Shown: positions 1-9,312 of the stretch, piece after piece
Numbering within the stretch: the stretch's first letter is position 1
Layout of the letters: each line of letters begins with the position of its first letter
DNA from: an uncultured Actinomycetes bacterium
GTDB lineage: Bacteria; Actinomycetota; UBA4738; JBBDTT01
DNA length: 64,000 bases
Reading direction: 5' to 3'
Assembly: GCA_963742735.1 (NCBI GenBank)
Contig: CAVUMN010000004.1
Coordinates: 704,001 to 768,000, forward strand
Position numbers and translations under genes: made by a program
The notes under the pieces: generated by a model
What the model was told of the DNA's origin: nothing
The model's input: only the letters and a program-made list of their open reading frames with translations
The model's database searches: none

Positions 1-1
1 C

Positions 2-583
2 GCGGGGAACCGCGTCGCCCTGACCTTCGACGACTGCTACTCCTGGGCCGGCTGGGACGGGCTGCTGGACGTCCTGGGCAGCCGGGGAGTGAAGGCGACC
101 TTCTTCTGTTCGGGCAACTACATCGACGACTTCTCGAAGACCGCACAGCGGACCCGGGACCAGGGACACACCATCGGGTCGCACGGGTGGGATCACGCCT
201 CCATGCCCGGGCGCACGCTCGCCGACCAGGAGCAGCGACTGCGCAACGACCAGAACACTTGGTGGACCCACGCGCAGGAGACGACCGCCCCCTACTTCCG
301 CCCGCCGTACGGCTCCTACGACTCGACGACGCTCAAGGCGGCCACCAACACGGGCCATCCGCGAGTGATCCTGTGGGACGTGGACCCGCAGGACTTCTCC
401 ACCTCGAGCTCGTCGCTGATCGCCTCGCGCGTGCTGTCGGCCGTCCGGGCGGGGAGCATCGTCGTGATGCACGCCCTGCCCCAGACGGCGGCCGCGCTCC
501 CCGCGATCCTCGACGGCCTCAGGAACAAGGGGCTCACGCCGGTCTCGCTGGCGACCCTGTTCCGCGAGGCCGGATTCCACTGA
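2..583 (+). CDS. Polysaccharide deacetylase (NodB/CE4), 5'-truncated by the window edge
   Basis: Frame open from position 2: VALTFDD, KATFF, GSHGWDH, FRPPYG, WDVDPQD, IVVMH. Confidence 0.9.
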   Translation, partial: AGNRVALTFDDCYSWAGWDGLLDVLGSRGVKATFFCSGNYIDDFSKTAQRTRDQGHTIGSHGWDHASMPGRTLADQEQRLRNDQNTWWTHAQETTAPYFRPPYGSYDSTTLKAATNTGHPRVILWDVDPQDFSTSSSSLIASRVLSAVRAGSIVVMHALPQTAAALPAILDGLRNKGLTPVSLATLFREAGFH

Positions 584-602
584 GTCCCGCTACCATCGAG
601 CC

Positions 603-935
603 GTGAACGAGGACCTGACCGAGGCCCGCTCGGTCTACGACCGGCGCGACGAGATCCAGATCCTTGACGTCCGGGAGCTCTACGAGTGGGTCGCCGGACA
701 CGTCGACGGGTCGGTGCACCTTCCCCTCAACGCCGTCCTCAACGGCAAGGAGGACCTCGACCCGGCGAAGCCCGTGGCCGTGGTGTGCACCGTCGGCAGC
801 CGGAGCGAGGTCGGCGCGCTCATGCTTCGGGCCCGAGGCTTCGACGCCCACAACGTCGACGGGGGTCTGCACTCCTGGGTGGCCGAGGGCCTTCCCCTCG
901 TCGCCGACGACGGGTCGCCGGGCCGGGTCGCCTAG
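603..935 (+). CDS. Rhodanese-like domain protein
   Basis: ILDVRE..EW..GHVDGSVHLPL; active-site loop VCTVGSRS; VDGGLHSW. Confidence 0.9.
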   Translation: MNEDLTEARSVYDRRDEIQILDVRELYEWVAGHVDGSVHLPLNAVLNGKEDLDPAKPVAVVCTVGSRSEVGALMLRARGFDAHNVDGGLHSWVAEGLPLVADDGSPGRVA

Positions 936-1453
936 AACTCCAGCGAGCAGTTCTCGCAGGCGAACCGTCCACTCGCCTCGCGCTTGCTGTGGCCGCCGCA
1001 CCGGTGGCAGCGCCGGCAGCTCCCTCCGTAGGCGCACTCGATGGAGTCCGTGGTGGTCCCCGGCTCGTCCCAGGTGGTGGCGCCTTCGGCCGGTCGCGGC
1101 AGCTGGATCGAGAGCATGTGCAGGCCGTCGGGTCCCGCCACGAACCCGTGCGGGTGGGCGGCGCCGCGTCCGACCACCGACCCGGGGTGCAGGGGCACGG
1201 GGGTCGCGCTGAACAGCGCCCGGCCTCCGCCCGCGACGACGACCACCCACTCCTCCGAGTCGGGATGCGTGTGCGCGAAGGCGACCTGACCCGCGGCGAA
1301 GCCCTGAAGCGAGATGTAGTAGCCGTCGCCGGCGGTGATCGGGACCCGGCGGAACCCCGAGGGACACGTCCCGATCAGGTCCTCGGGGTGGGTGTGGAAC
1401 ACGCCCAGGTTGTTCAGGACCTCGTCCAGGTGGCCCACCGCGCGGTCGCTCAC
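932..1453 (-). CDS. Cupin-domain protein with C-terminal Cys-rich zinc-ribbon-like tail
   Basis: HTHPDSEE and HPHGF cupin motifs; tail CAYGGSCRRCHRCGG...CENC. Start codon uncertain. Confidence 0.7.
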   Translation of the reverse strand: MSDRAVGHLDEVLNNLGVFHTHPEDLIGTCPSGFRRVPITAGDGYYISLQGFAAGQVAFAHTHPDSEEWVVVVAGGGRALFSATPVPLHPGSVVGRGAAHPHGFVAGPDGLHMLSIQLPRPAEGATTWDEPGTTTDSIECAYGGSCRRCHRCGGHSKREASGRFACENCSLEF

Positions 1454-1512
1454 GGCCGCATCGAACACGCACTCGGCCCGCCTGCGCAACCGCGGGTAGA
1501 GTCGGCGATCGC

Positions 1513-2226
1513 ATGACCGGGACCTTCATCAACGTCGCGACCGTGCTCGTGGGCACGGCCCTGGGGTCGTTCCTGGGCGACCGGCTCCCGGCCCGGATCC
1601 GCGAGACGGTCCTGCACTCCCTGGGGCTGGTCACGCTGGTGGTCGGCCTGGGGCAGGCACTCGAGTTGTTCCAGCCCCCGCTGTCGAAGTACCGGGCGAG
1701 CGTCGTGGTGATCCTCGGCGCCATCCTGGTCGGCGGGCTGATCGGCGAGGCGCTGCGGATCGAGTCGGCGCTGAACCGCGCGGGCGAGGCGCTCAAACGC
1801 CGGTTCGGCAAGGGGCAGGCCCGGTTCGTCGAGGGGTTCGTCGTGGCGTCGCTCGTGTTCTGCGTCGGTCCCCTCACCGTCCTGGGCTCGGTCCAGGACG
1901 GCCTGTCCGGCGACTACGACCTGCTGGCGATCAAGTCCCTTCTCGACGGGTTCGCGGCCATGGCGTTCGCGTCCGCCCTCGGATGGGGCGTCGGCTTCTC
2001 GGTGATCACGATCCTGGTCTACCAGGGCGGGTTGTCGCTGGGCGCGGCGGCGGTGCAGTCCGCGTTCACCCCGATCACCATCGCCGCCCTGACCGCGGCG
2101 GGCGGCATCCTGATCCTGGGGATCGGGCTGCGCCTGCTGGAGCTCAAGGAGATCCGCATCGCGAACCTGCTCCCGGCCCTGATCCTGGCGCCGGTCGCGA
2201 TGGCGTTGGTCGAGCGCTTCGCCTAG
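1513..2226 (+). CDS. DUF554 family membrane protein
   Basis: MTGTFINVATVLVG, FVEGFV.ASLVFCVGPLTVLGS, KSLLDGF; multiple TM segments. Confidence 0.9.
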   Translation: MTGTFINVATVLVGTALGSFLGDRLPARIRETVLHSLGLVTLVVGLGQALELFQPPLSKYRASVVVILGAILVGGLIGEALRIESALNRAGEALKRRFGKGQARFVEGFVVASLVFCVGPLTVLGSVQDGLSGDYDLLAIKSLLDGFAAMAFASALGWGVGFSVITILVYQGGLSLGAAAVQSAFTPITIAALTAAGGILILGIGLRLLELKEIRIANLLPALILAPVAMALVERFA

Positions 2227-3276
2227 GCGGCCCGCGCCTCGCGCCGGCCGTTCGCCTCCGAGGTGTTTTCCAGGAGCCGGATCACGGCGGCCTCGATCGG
2301 GCCCTGTGTCGCGAGCGCGCCCGGCTCGGCGCCCTCGCCCAGGCGGTCGAGTGCTGGTTTGATCGTGGAGCCGCCCAGGTAGGCGTCGATCACCCGCGGG
2401 TCCAGGTAGGAGGCGCGGCACACGGCCGGCGTGTTGCCCAGGTACTGCGCGACCTCCTTGACCGCCCGGGCGACGGCGCGCTTACGGGCCGTGACGCTCC
2501 TCGCCTCGGTCGAGACCGCCAGCGCCACCGCGGCCAGGACCGTCGCGGACCACGTCCGGAAGTCCTTCGCGGTGAACTCGCCGCCGGTGAGCTCCCCGAT
2601 GAACGCGTTGATGTCGCCGGAGCGCACGTCGACCCACTCTCGCCCCTTCCGATAGGCGAGCAGCTCGGCGTGGCCGTCCGTCCGCCGCTTCAGCGAGCGA
2701 ACCACCGCGGCGACCTGCGGGTCCACCAACGACTGGACCCGCCGCTTCTGGCCCTTCGACACGTAGTCGAACGTCACGACGTCGCCGGCGACGTGCGCGT
2801 GGCGCCGGCGCATGGTGGCCAGTCCGTACGTCTGGTTCTCCTCGGCGTAGCCCTCGGTCCCGATCCGGAAGAAGCCCAGGTCGAGCAGCCGGGTCGCGCA
2901 GGCGAGCACCCGTTCGCGAGTCAGGCCCCGCCTCTCCAGGTGCACGCCGCACGCCGCGCGGAGGGAGGGAATGACGCGCGCGAACTCGAGCATGTGGTCG
3001 AACTTCTCGGCGTCGCGCCGGATCCGCCAGGCGTCATGGTACCGGTACTGCCGGCGGCCCCGGGCGTCGAGCCCGGTGGCCTGGATGTGGCCGTTCGGGA
3101 CCGGGCAGATCCAGACGTCCTCCCAGGCGGGAGGGATGGCCAGGTCCCGGATGCGGCCGAGGGTCGCGCGCATCGCGCACCCGCCGTCCCCTCGGATCCA
3201 GGTAGGTGAACCCGCGGCCGCGGCGGCCGCGCGAGATCCCCGGGCCGGAGCAGTCAACGCGCCGAAGTCTTGGCAT
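2223..3276 (-). CDS. DNA topoisomerase IB (bacterial poxvirus-like), frameshift near 3165-3180
   Basis: N-terminal [23 protein letters not shown] in one frame; [41 protein letters not shown] (catalytic Tyr) in the other. Confidence 0.9.
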
Positions 3277-3287
3277 GGCGACCGGTT

Positions 3288-3313
3288 GTTCCCGTGGGGC
3301 GTGCCGCGGAAAC
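3288..3313 (-). promoter_or_regulatory. Putative SigF/SigB-type promoter of topoisomerase IB
   Basis: GTTT-N16-GGGAAC on the minus strand, 11 nt before the ATG. Confidence 0.55.
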
Positions 3314-3334
3314 GAGCGTGTATCGTCCGCCGGC

Positions 3335-4331
3335 ATGACGCGCGTGCTCTCCGGCATCAAGCCGACCGGCGAGGTCCACCTCGGCAACTACGTCGGCGCC
3401 CTGCGCCAGTGGGCCGCCGACCAGGACGAGCACGACTGCTTCTACTCGATCGTCGACCTGCACGCGATCACCGTGCCGCAGGACCCGGTGGAGCTGCGCG
3501 AGTCGACGCGCCGCCTGGCCGCGATCCTGCTCTCGGTCGGGCATCGACCCCGACCGCTCCACCCTGTTCGTCCAGTCCCACGTCCACGAGCACGCCGAGC
3601 TGGCGTGGGTCCTGGGCTGCTTCACGGGCTTCGGAGAGCTGCGCCGCATGACCCAGTTCAAGGACAAGGCCGGGAAGCAGCAGGAGGAGCAGCTCACCGC
3701 CGGGCTGTACACGTACCCGGTCCTGCAGGCCGCCGACATCCTGCTGTACCGGGCGGACCGGGTGCCCATCGGCGAGGACCAGCGCCAGCATCTGGAGCTG
3801 ACCCGCGACATCGCGACGCGGTTCAACAACCGGCTCGGAGAGACGTTCGTGATCCCCGAGGCCGCGATCCCGAAGGTCGGGGGGCGGGTCATGGACCTGC
3901 AGAACCCCTCGGCCAAGATGTCGAAGTCCGAGGAGTCCCCCCAGGGGACGATCGACGTGACCGACTCCCCGGAGGCGATCCTGAAGAAGGTCAAGACCGC
4001 GGTCACCGACTCCGGCCGCGACGTCGTCGCGTCCGAGGACAAGCCTGCCGTCACCAACCTCCTCGGGCTGCTCTCGGTGGCCACCGGCCGCCCGGTACCC
4101 GACCTCGAGGCGGACTACGTGGGGAAGGGCTACGCGGACCTGAAGCGCGATCTGGGAGAGGCGCTGGTGGTCATGCTCTCCCCGATCCGGGAGCGGTTCG
4201 AGTCGCTCATGGCCAACCCTGCCGAGCTCGAGCGGCTGCTCGAGGTGGGGGCGAGCAAGGCTCAGGCGGTCGCTCGGGAGACGCTGGCGACGGTCTACGA
4301 GCGCGTCGGGTTCTTGCCCCGCCGGGGCTGA
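3335..4331 (+). CDS. trpS: Tryptophanyl-tRNA synthetase, +1 frameshift at ~3540
   Basis: SGIKPTG..HLGNY (HIGH), [28 protein letters not shown]; extra G in GTCGGGCATCGAC. Confidence 0.95.
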
Positions 4332-5821
4332 TCCGCAGACTTCGCGTCGGGTTCCGAGGCCCACACCGCGCGGTCGGCCGCCCACTCCCGCAGGGCGAGG
4401 ACGTCCTCGACCCGGGCTCGTGACAGCGGAACGGTCGAGGCGAGCTCGGCGTCGATCTCTGCGGTGGTGAGCTCGCCCCCTCCCGCGTAGGCGCGGTAGA
4501 GCGCCCCGACGATGGCCGCCTCGATCTCCGCGCCGGTGAACCCCTCGGACGCTCCGGCCAGCCGCTCCAGGTCGAAGTTCTCCGGGTCCCGGTGGCGGCC
4601 GTTCAGGTGCAGACGCAGGATGGCGCGGCGCTCCTCGGCGCTGGGGAGGTCGACGAAGAACACCTCGTCGAACCGGCCCTTGCGCAGCAGCTCCGGCGGC
4701 AGCGCGCGCACGTCGTTGCACGTGGCCGCGATGAAGACGCCGGGGGGCCGGTCCTGCATCCAGCGCAGGAACGTGCCGAGGACTCGGGTGCTCACGCCGC
4801 CGTCGCCTTCACCGCTGGTGGCGAAGCCCTTCTCGATCTCGTCGATCCACAGGACCACCGGGGCCATCGACTCGATCGACTCGAGGGCCTCGGCCAGGCG
4901 CTGCTCGGACTCGCCCACGTACTTGGCGTAGATGCGGGCCGGGTCGAGCAGGACCAGTGGGTGCCCCCACGTGCGGGCGAGGGTCTTCGCGACGAGCGAC
5001 TTCCCGCACCCGGGCACCCCGGTGATCAGGATCCCCCGGGGAGGCTCCAGCCCGAACCGCTCGGCCTCGGCCTCGAGGCCCTTGCCGCGCAGGCGGAGCC
5101 ACGCCTTCAGCCCCTCCATGCCGCCGACGTTGTCGAGCGTCCCCAGGTCGGCCTCCACGAGCTCCAGGACGCCGCTCGACTCCACCCGCTCGGCCTTCGC
5201 CTCGCGGACGAACGCGATGTCCTCGGGGGTGAGGGCGCCGTCGCGGGTCGCGGCCTGCTCGAGCAATCGCTCGGCCTCGGTGAGGGAGAGCCCGCGAAGG
5301 GCCCCGGCCATCGATCCGATCGCGCCGTCGTCCAGGGTCACCGGGGTGCCGCGGGCCCGGAAGTTCTCCAGGCCGCGCCGGACCAGCTGCTCGATCTCGG
5401 CGTGGCCCGGGGGGTCGAGCTTCCAGGGCAGCGCGAGCCCGGTCAGCTCCGGCGGGACCGTCCGGTCCGGCCCGGTGAGGATCACGGTCCGGCCCGGGGC
5501 CGCCGCCTGCGCGAACTCCTTGATCCGCCGGAGCGCCACCGGGTCCTGGAGCACCGCGCCGGCGTCGGCGAACACGAACACGCCGGGCCCGCTGAGCTCG
5601 TCCATGAACTCGAACGCCTTCATGACGTTCACGGTGCCGTAGGTCGGCTCCCCGCCGTCGCGGCACAGGCCGCGGGTCACCGACCACATCCACAGCGGCA
5701 CGCCGAGCGTCCCCGCCGCCACCCGCAGGATCTGCAGGAACCGCTGCTCGTCGCGCATCTCCGCGATGACCAGCGGATACTTCGAGGCGAGGAGGATTCG
5801 GAGGTCCTCGGTCCCGTCCAT
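4295..5821 (-). CDS. AAA+ ATPase (Ycf46/SpoVK-like)
   Basis: Walker A GVPGCGKS, Walker [29 protein letters not shown]. Confidence 0.9.
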   Translation of the reverse strand: MDGTEDLRILLASKYPLVIAEMRDEQRFLQILRVAAGTLGVPLWMWSVTRGLCRDGGEPTYGTVNVMKAFEFMDELSGPGVFVFADAGAVLQDPVALRRIKEFAQAAAPGRTVILTGPDRTVPPELTGLALPWKLDPPGHAEIEQLVRRGLENFRARGTPVTLDDGAIGSMAGALRGLSLTEAERLLEQAATRDGALTPEDIAFVREAKAERVESSGVLELVEADLGTLDNVGGMEGLKAWLRLRGKGLEAEAERFGLEPPRGILITGVPGCGKSLVAKTLARTWGHPLVLLDPARIYAKYVGESEQRLAEALESIESMAPVVLWIDEIEKGFATSGEGDGGVSTRVLGTFLRWMQDRPPGVFIAATCNDVRALPPELLRKGRFDEVFFVDLPSAEERRAILRLHLNGRHRDPENFDLERLAGASEGFTGAEIEAAIVGALYRAYAGGGELTTAEIDAELASTVPLSRARVEDVLALREWAADRAVWASEPDAKSADQPRRGKNPTRS

Positions 5822-5868
5822 GTGGCCCGGATTATCCCGCGCACACCGGCGCCGGCCGTGGTTGGTTC

Positions 5869-5894
5869 GTTTGGGCCGGTCCCAGAGCAGGTAG
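5869..5894 (+). promoter_or_regulatory. Putative SigF/SigB-type promoter of the YihY gene
   Basis: GTTT-N16-AGGTAG, 11 nt before ATG 5906. Confidence 0.45.
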
Positions 5895-5905
5895 ACCAGG
5901 GTTCG

Positions 5906-6979
5906 ATGAAAGCGCTCATCGCCCGCATCGACGAGTACCAGCGGCGTCACCCCTGGCTGGGGTTTCCCCTCGCGGTCGCGAAGAAGTTCGGGGAGGACCG
6001 GGCGGGTCACCTGGCGGCGCTCATCGCGTACTACGCCTTCTTCTCGCTCTTCCCGCTGCTGATGGTGTTCACCGCGGTCCTGGCCTTCGTCCTGCGCGGC
6101 AACGACGAGCTGCAGAGCGCGATCCTGGACTCGGCGCTCACGCAGTTCCCGGTGATCGGCGAGCAGATCCGCACGAACATCGGGTCGGTGGCGGGCAGCG
6201 GGCTCGCCCTCGGCGTGGGGATCGCCACGGCGCTGTGGGCGGGCATGGGTGTCACCAACGCGCTGCAGGTGGCCCTCAACACCGTCTGGGACGTTCCGAT
6301 CCGCCGCCAGCCGAACTTCCTGATCGCACGGCTGCGGAGCCTGGCGATGCTGGGCGTGCTGGGTGTCATGACGGTGGGAGCGGCGATCCTGTCTGGGCTC
6401 GGTTCGGGGGAGGGGGCCATCGCCATCTCCCTGCGTGTCGTCGGAATCATCGGGGGGATCCTGGTCAATCTCGCGCTGTTCCTCCTGGCGTTCCGGATCC
6501 TCACCAACCGCAAGCTCTCGTGGCGGGACGTCTTCCCGGGCGCGGCGACGGCGGCCCTCGGCTGGGCGGCGCTGCAGCTCGTGGGGTCGTGGTACCTGAC
6601 CAACCAGCAGCGTGGGGCCGAGGCAACCTACGGCGAGTTCGCGTTCGTGATCGGGCTGCTGATCTGGCTCTACCTGGGATCGCAGCTGACGATGTACGCG
6701 GCGGAGATCAACGTCGTCCGCGTGGAGCGCCTCTCGCCCCGTGGCCTGCGCAAGGAGCCGATGACCGAAGCGGACCGTCGCGCGCTCCGCCGCCACGCCA
6801 GGATGGAGGAGCGCCGAGAGGACGAAGACGTCGACGTGAGCTTCGACGGATCCGACCCCGAGGGCCCGTCCTCGGCGCGGGCGGTCCGGCGCGCGCGGGA
6901 GGCCCTGGACGAGGCCACCGAGGCCGTGGAGGACGCCCGGGCCGCCGTCGAACGCGACGGCAAGGACGATCGCGGCTAG
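5906..6979 (+). CDS. YihY/virulence factor BrkB family membrane protein
   Basis: AALIAYYAFFSLFPLL, ALNTVW, YGEFAFVIGLLIWLYL..AAEIN. Confidence 0.9.
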   Translation: MKALIARIDEYQRRHPWLGFPLAVAKKFGEDRAGHLAALIAYYAFFSLFPLLMVFTAVLAFVLRGNDELQSAILDSALTQFPVIGEQIRTNIGSVAGSGLALGVGIATALWAGMGVTNALQVALNTVWDVPIRRQPNFLIARLRSLAMLGVLGVMTVGAAILSGLGSGEGAIAISLRVVGIIGGILVNLALFLLAFRILTNRKLSWRDVFPGAATAALGWAALQLVGSWYLTNQQRGAEATYGEFAFVIGLLIWLYLGSQLTMYAAEINVVRVERLSPRGLRKEPMTEADRRALRRHARMEERREDEDVDVSFDGSDPEGPSSARAVRRAREALDEATEAVEDARAAVERDGKDDRG

Positions 6980-6984
6980 TTCGC

Positions 6985-7010
6985 GATTGCCGGGTGTTCA
7001 CAACGGGAAC
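6985..7010 (+). promoter_or_regulatory. Putative SigF/SigB-type promoter of the hemerythrin operon
   Basis: GATT-N16-GGGAAC followed by AACC, the same -10 context as the TopIB promoter. Confidence 0.45.
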
Positions 7011-7041
7011 AACCCCTGCGTCAGCCGACGAGGAGGCCGGA

Positions 7042-7533
7042 ATGGACGCGATCACGCTGCTGAAGGAAGACCACCAGAAGGCTCGCAAGCTGTTCGCGGA
7101 CTTCGAGGGACTGGGAGACACCGCCTACAAGACCAAGCGCGAGGTCGTGGACAGGATCATCGAGGAGCTCACGGTCCACGCGTACATCGAGGAGCAGTTC
7201 TTCTACCCGGCCGCCCGGGAGCTGGAGGCCAAGGACGGCGGCGAGGAGCCGGAGGAGCTCGTCAAGGAGGCCGAGGAGGAGCACGCGCAGGTGAAGACTC
7301 TCCTGGCCGAGCTGGAGGGCATGAGCCCGGAGGACGAGTACTTCGACGCCAAGGTGACGGTGGTCATCGACAACGTCCGCCATCACGCCGAGGAGGAAGA
7401 GGAGGAGATGTTCCCCAAGGTGCGGGACGCCATGGGCCGCAACGACCTTCAGGCGCTGGGGGAGCGGATGGAGGGGGCCAAGCAGGCGGCGCCCAGGCTG
7501 CCCTCCGAGGAGGCACGAAAGGGGGCGGCGTGA
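7042..7533 (+). CDS. Hemerythrin (HHE cation-binding) domain protein
   Basis: MDAITLLKEDH, HAYIEEQFFYP, EEEH, HHAEEEEEEMFP; RBS GAGGAGG. Confidence 0.9.
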   Translation: MDAITLLKEDHQKARKLFADFEGLGDTAYKTKREVVDRIIEELTVHAYIEEQFFYPAARELEAKDGGEEPEELVKEAEEEHAQVKTLLAELEGMSPEDEYFDAKVTVVIDNVRHHAEEEEEEMFPKVRDAMGRNDLQALGERMEGAKQAAPRLPSEEARKGAA

Positions 7534-8066
7534 TGGCCGCCCGGTCGGTTCGCCGCGTCGCGGCCGTCTTCCGTCACCGGGCGCAGGCCGAGCGCGCCGC
7601 GCAGTCGCTCGAGCGGCTCCGCCTGGGCGACGACATCCAGGTGACCCTGGAGGACCGCCGCATGACCGACGATCCGCCGGACGAGCCGCCGGCGGCCGTG
7701 GAGGACTTCGAGTACGAGCGGGACCGGGAGGTGGTCGGGCACGTCTTTCGAACCACCGCGACGCTCTCGATCCTCTACGCGATCGGCGGGGCGCTGGTCG
7801 GTGGCGGGGCCGGCTGGGCCATCTGGGGCTGGTCCACCACCGGCTTCTGGATCGCCCTCGTCGTCGGCGCCGTCACCGGCACCGTCCTCGGGGCCATGCA
7901 GGGTGGCATTTCGGCGGCGATGGACGAATCCGAGAAGGAGGAGGGCACGGTGCTGATCGCCGAGACGCGCGACCCGCGCAGCGCGCGGTTCGTCGAGGAG
8001 GCCCTGCAACGCCACGGGCCGGCGAGGATCGACACGTCCGGGGCCCGCGGGAGGCTGGCCGGCTAG
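7533..8066 (+). CDS. Hypothetical membrane protein (general-stress/glycine-zipper-like)
   Basis: Coupled to the hemerythrin gene (TGATG); VAAVF..R.QAERA..L; two Gly-rich TM helices. Confidence 0.6.
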   Translation: MAARSVRRVAAVFRHRAQAERAAQSLERLRLGDDIQVTLEDRRMTDDPPDEPPAAVEDFEYERDREVVGHVFRTTATLSILYAIGGALVGGGAGWAIWGWSTTGFWIALVVGAVTGTVLGAMQGGISAAMDESEKEEGTVLIAETRDPRSARFVEEALQRHGPARIDTSGARGRLAG

Positions 8067-8072
8067 CGGCGC

Positions 8073-9302
8073 TCAGTCGCCGAAGAGCTCGACCGTGACG
8101 TCCGTCCCGGCGGCCAGCCCACCGGGGGGGATCATCGCGAAGCCGTCCGCCTCGAAGGCGTGGGACAGCGCCTGGCTGGAACGGCTGGGCACGGGCGCCG
8201 CCTCGTGTCCGTCCAGGACGACCGGGCAGTAGAAGGTTCGCACCGGGTCACCCGCCACCGCGTCCGTCAGCACCCCGGGCACGCTCCGCGACTCGGGGGA
8301 GCGGCCGGCCAGCCGGCGCAGGGCCGGCGCCACGAACACGTGCGCGCAGGCGAGCACGCTCCCGGGGTTCCCGGGGAGCCCGAGGACGGGCGTGCCCCGA
8401 ATCGTTCCGAACAACACCGGCTTGCCCGGCCGCATGGCGACCTTCCACAGGTCCACCTCGCCGGTGCGCGCGAGAACGGCGCGGACCCAGTCGTGCTCCC
8501 CGACCGACGCACCACCGCTCGTCACCAGGAGGTCGGCGGTGTCCGCGCTCGCCGCGAACCAGGCCTCGATCGCCCCCGGGTCGTCCCCGACCAGATCGGA
8601 TCCCGTGACCTCCCCCCCGGCCTGGGCGCACAGCGCCGCGAGCAGGGTGCCGTTCGCGTCGTGCACCTGTCCGGGCCCCGGCGGCCACCCCGGCGGCACC
8701 AGCTCGTCGCCGGTGGACAGGATCGCGACGCGCGGGCGGGGGACCACCGAGGCTTCGTCCCGGCCGAGCAGCGCGAGCACGGCGACGTGGGCGGGGCGCA
8801 GCCGCGTGCCCGACTCGGCCACGAGCGTGCCCGCGCGCAGGTCCTCGCCGGCCGGGCGGACGTGGCGTCCGGCGGCTGCCGGCACGCGCACGGCGACGGT
8901 GCCCGCGCCGGTCCCGGGGTCGGTGTCCTCCCAGGGGACCACGGCGTCGGCCCCCGGAGGCACCGGCGCGCCGGTCATGATCTTCGACGCGGTCCCGGGC
9001 TCGACCGCCCCGCCGGTCGTGCCCGCGGGGACGTCGCCGGCGACCGTCAGGACCGTCGGGCGCTCGGCCGAGGCCCCCGCGACGTCGTCCGCCCGCACCG
9101 CGTACCCGTCCATGGCCGAGTTCGCGAACGCGGGGACGTCGCGGTCGGCCACCACGTCCTCGCCGAGGACCAGCCCGGCGCAGTCCGCGAGCCGCATCCG
9201 CCGCGGCGCGAGCGGTTCGAGGGCGGCGAGGACGCGCGCCACCGCCTCGGCGGGCGGAAGCAGGGGCTGGGCGAGCTCCTCCGGGGTGACCTCTCGACGC
9301 AC
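8073..9302 (-). CDS. moeA: Molybdopterin molybdotransferase
   Basis: NSAMDGYAV, IMTGAPVP.GADAVV, STGDEL, TSGGASVG, MRPGKP, LPGNP. Confidence 0.93.
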   Translation of the reverse strand: MRREVTPEELAQPLLPPAEAVARVLAALEPLAPRRMRLADCAGLVLGEDVVADRDVPAFANSAMDGYAVRADDVAGASAERPTVLTVAGDVPAGTTGGAVEPGTASKIMTGAPVPPGADAVVPWEDTDPGTGAGTVAVRVPAAAGRHVRPAGEDLRAGTLVAESGTRLRPAHVAVLALLGRDEASVVPRPRVAILSTGDELVPPGWPPGPGQVHDANGTLLAALCAQAGGEVTGSDLVGDDPGAIEAWFAASADTADLLVTSGGASVGEHDWVRAVLARTGEVDLWKVAMRPGKPVLFGTIRGTPVLGLPGNPGSVLACAHVFVAPALRRLAGRSPESRSVPGVLTDAVAGDPVRTFYCPVVLDGHEAAPVPSRSSQALSHAFEADGFAMIPPGGLAAGTDVTVELFGD

Positions 9303-9312
9303 GACCGCGATG

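Noticed and set aside
3530-3550. Programmed frameshift in trpS
   Set aside because: No slippery heptamer or stimulator; one extra G among many similar indels points to sequencing error.
4295-4331. 37-bp convergent overlap of trpS and the AAA ATPase
   Set aside because: Short tail-to-tail overlaps are routine in compact high-GC genomes.
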